A DNA stretch of 64,000 nt from NCBI RefSeq assembly GCF_006345805.1, contig NC_043005.1, positions 10,974,001 to 11,038,000 on the forward strand, read 5' to 3'. Position numbers and translations under genes: made by a program. The notes under the pieces are model-generated. The model was not told the origin of the DNA. It was given only the letters and a program-made list of their open reading frames with translations, and did no database searches. Positions 63,546 to 64,000 of the stretch are shown piece after piece. Position 1 is the first letter of the stretch, and each line of letters starts with the position of its first letter. The DNA is from Octopus sinensis. Taxonomy: Eukaryota.

Positions 63546-64000
63546 TTCTCGTACTTATGATTCATGTTATTGTTAGTTATTTTTGTTTGTTATTGGTGTT
63601 ATTGCTTTTCTTGTTTAGATTACTTCATCTTGTGCCAGCTCTCATCAAACCCTCATCTATGATTAAAGACCTAACATCCTGATAAAATAACAGCGAATAT
63701 ATTTTTAATGCATATAAGAGACTGCTTTACTCAACAAGGCCTGCGTTCCTTTACGGATAGTAGTGTGTGATTTAAGGATTATTTGGTTGATATTGCTAGT
63801 TGATAATTCTTCCTTAAATCGAGAGACTGCGTTAGAGGTGTCTTCTTTGGCTTGCATTGTTGATGCACTTGTAGTTGATGATTTTGTGAGAAGACCTATG
63901 ACCAAAGTTCTATAACCCCTATATATATATTATATATGTGTGTGTATATATATTGTTGTATTTAAGAATGATCACTTTGTCAGTTTAGCCAATAAAAACA

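Noticed and set aside
63034-63576. 180-aa Ser/His-rich ORF and the opposite-strand Asp/Met ORFs
   Set aside because: Translation of a (CAT/CAC)n array that is open in several frames; no unique coding flank.

Overview
AT-rich, repeat-saturated eukaryotic non-coding DNA. From recalled repeat families it is most likely an octopod cephalopod; this is an inference and was not checked. No host protein-coding gene could be identified, and almost all ORFs in the track come from microsatellites or SINEs. The window holds dozens of tRNA-headed SINEs in four families (called A-D here), a near-intact DD34E Tc1 element with one nonsense codon, several mariner relics, two near-identical non-autonomous Helitrons, GG-ended 8-bp-TSD MITEs carrying TTAGGG repeats, and decayed LINE and Penelope fragments. 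The main unexplained signal is four dispersed, sequence-unrelated elements, each with a minimal type I hammerhead-ribozyme (HHR) motif and an inverted copy of its own 3' tail placed upstream: 19185-19491, 30200-30408, about 54270-55228 and 58786-59246. One of them is fused to a tRNA-type Pol III head. This points to a family of Penelope-dependent, ribozyme-bearing non-autonomous retroelements. All alignments, folds and translations were done by eye.
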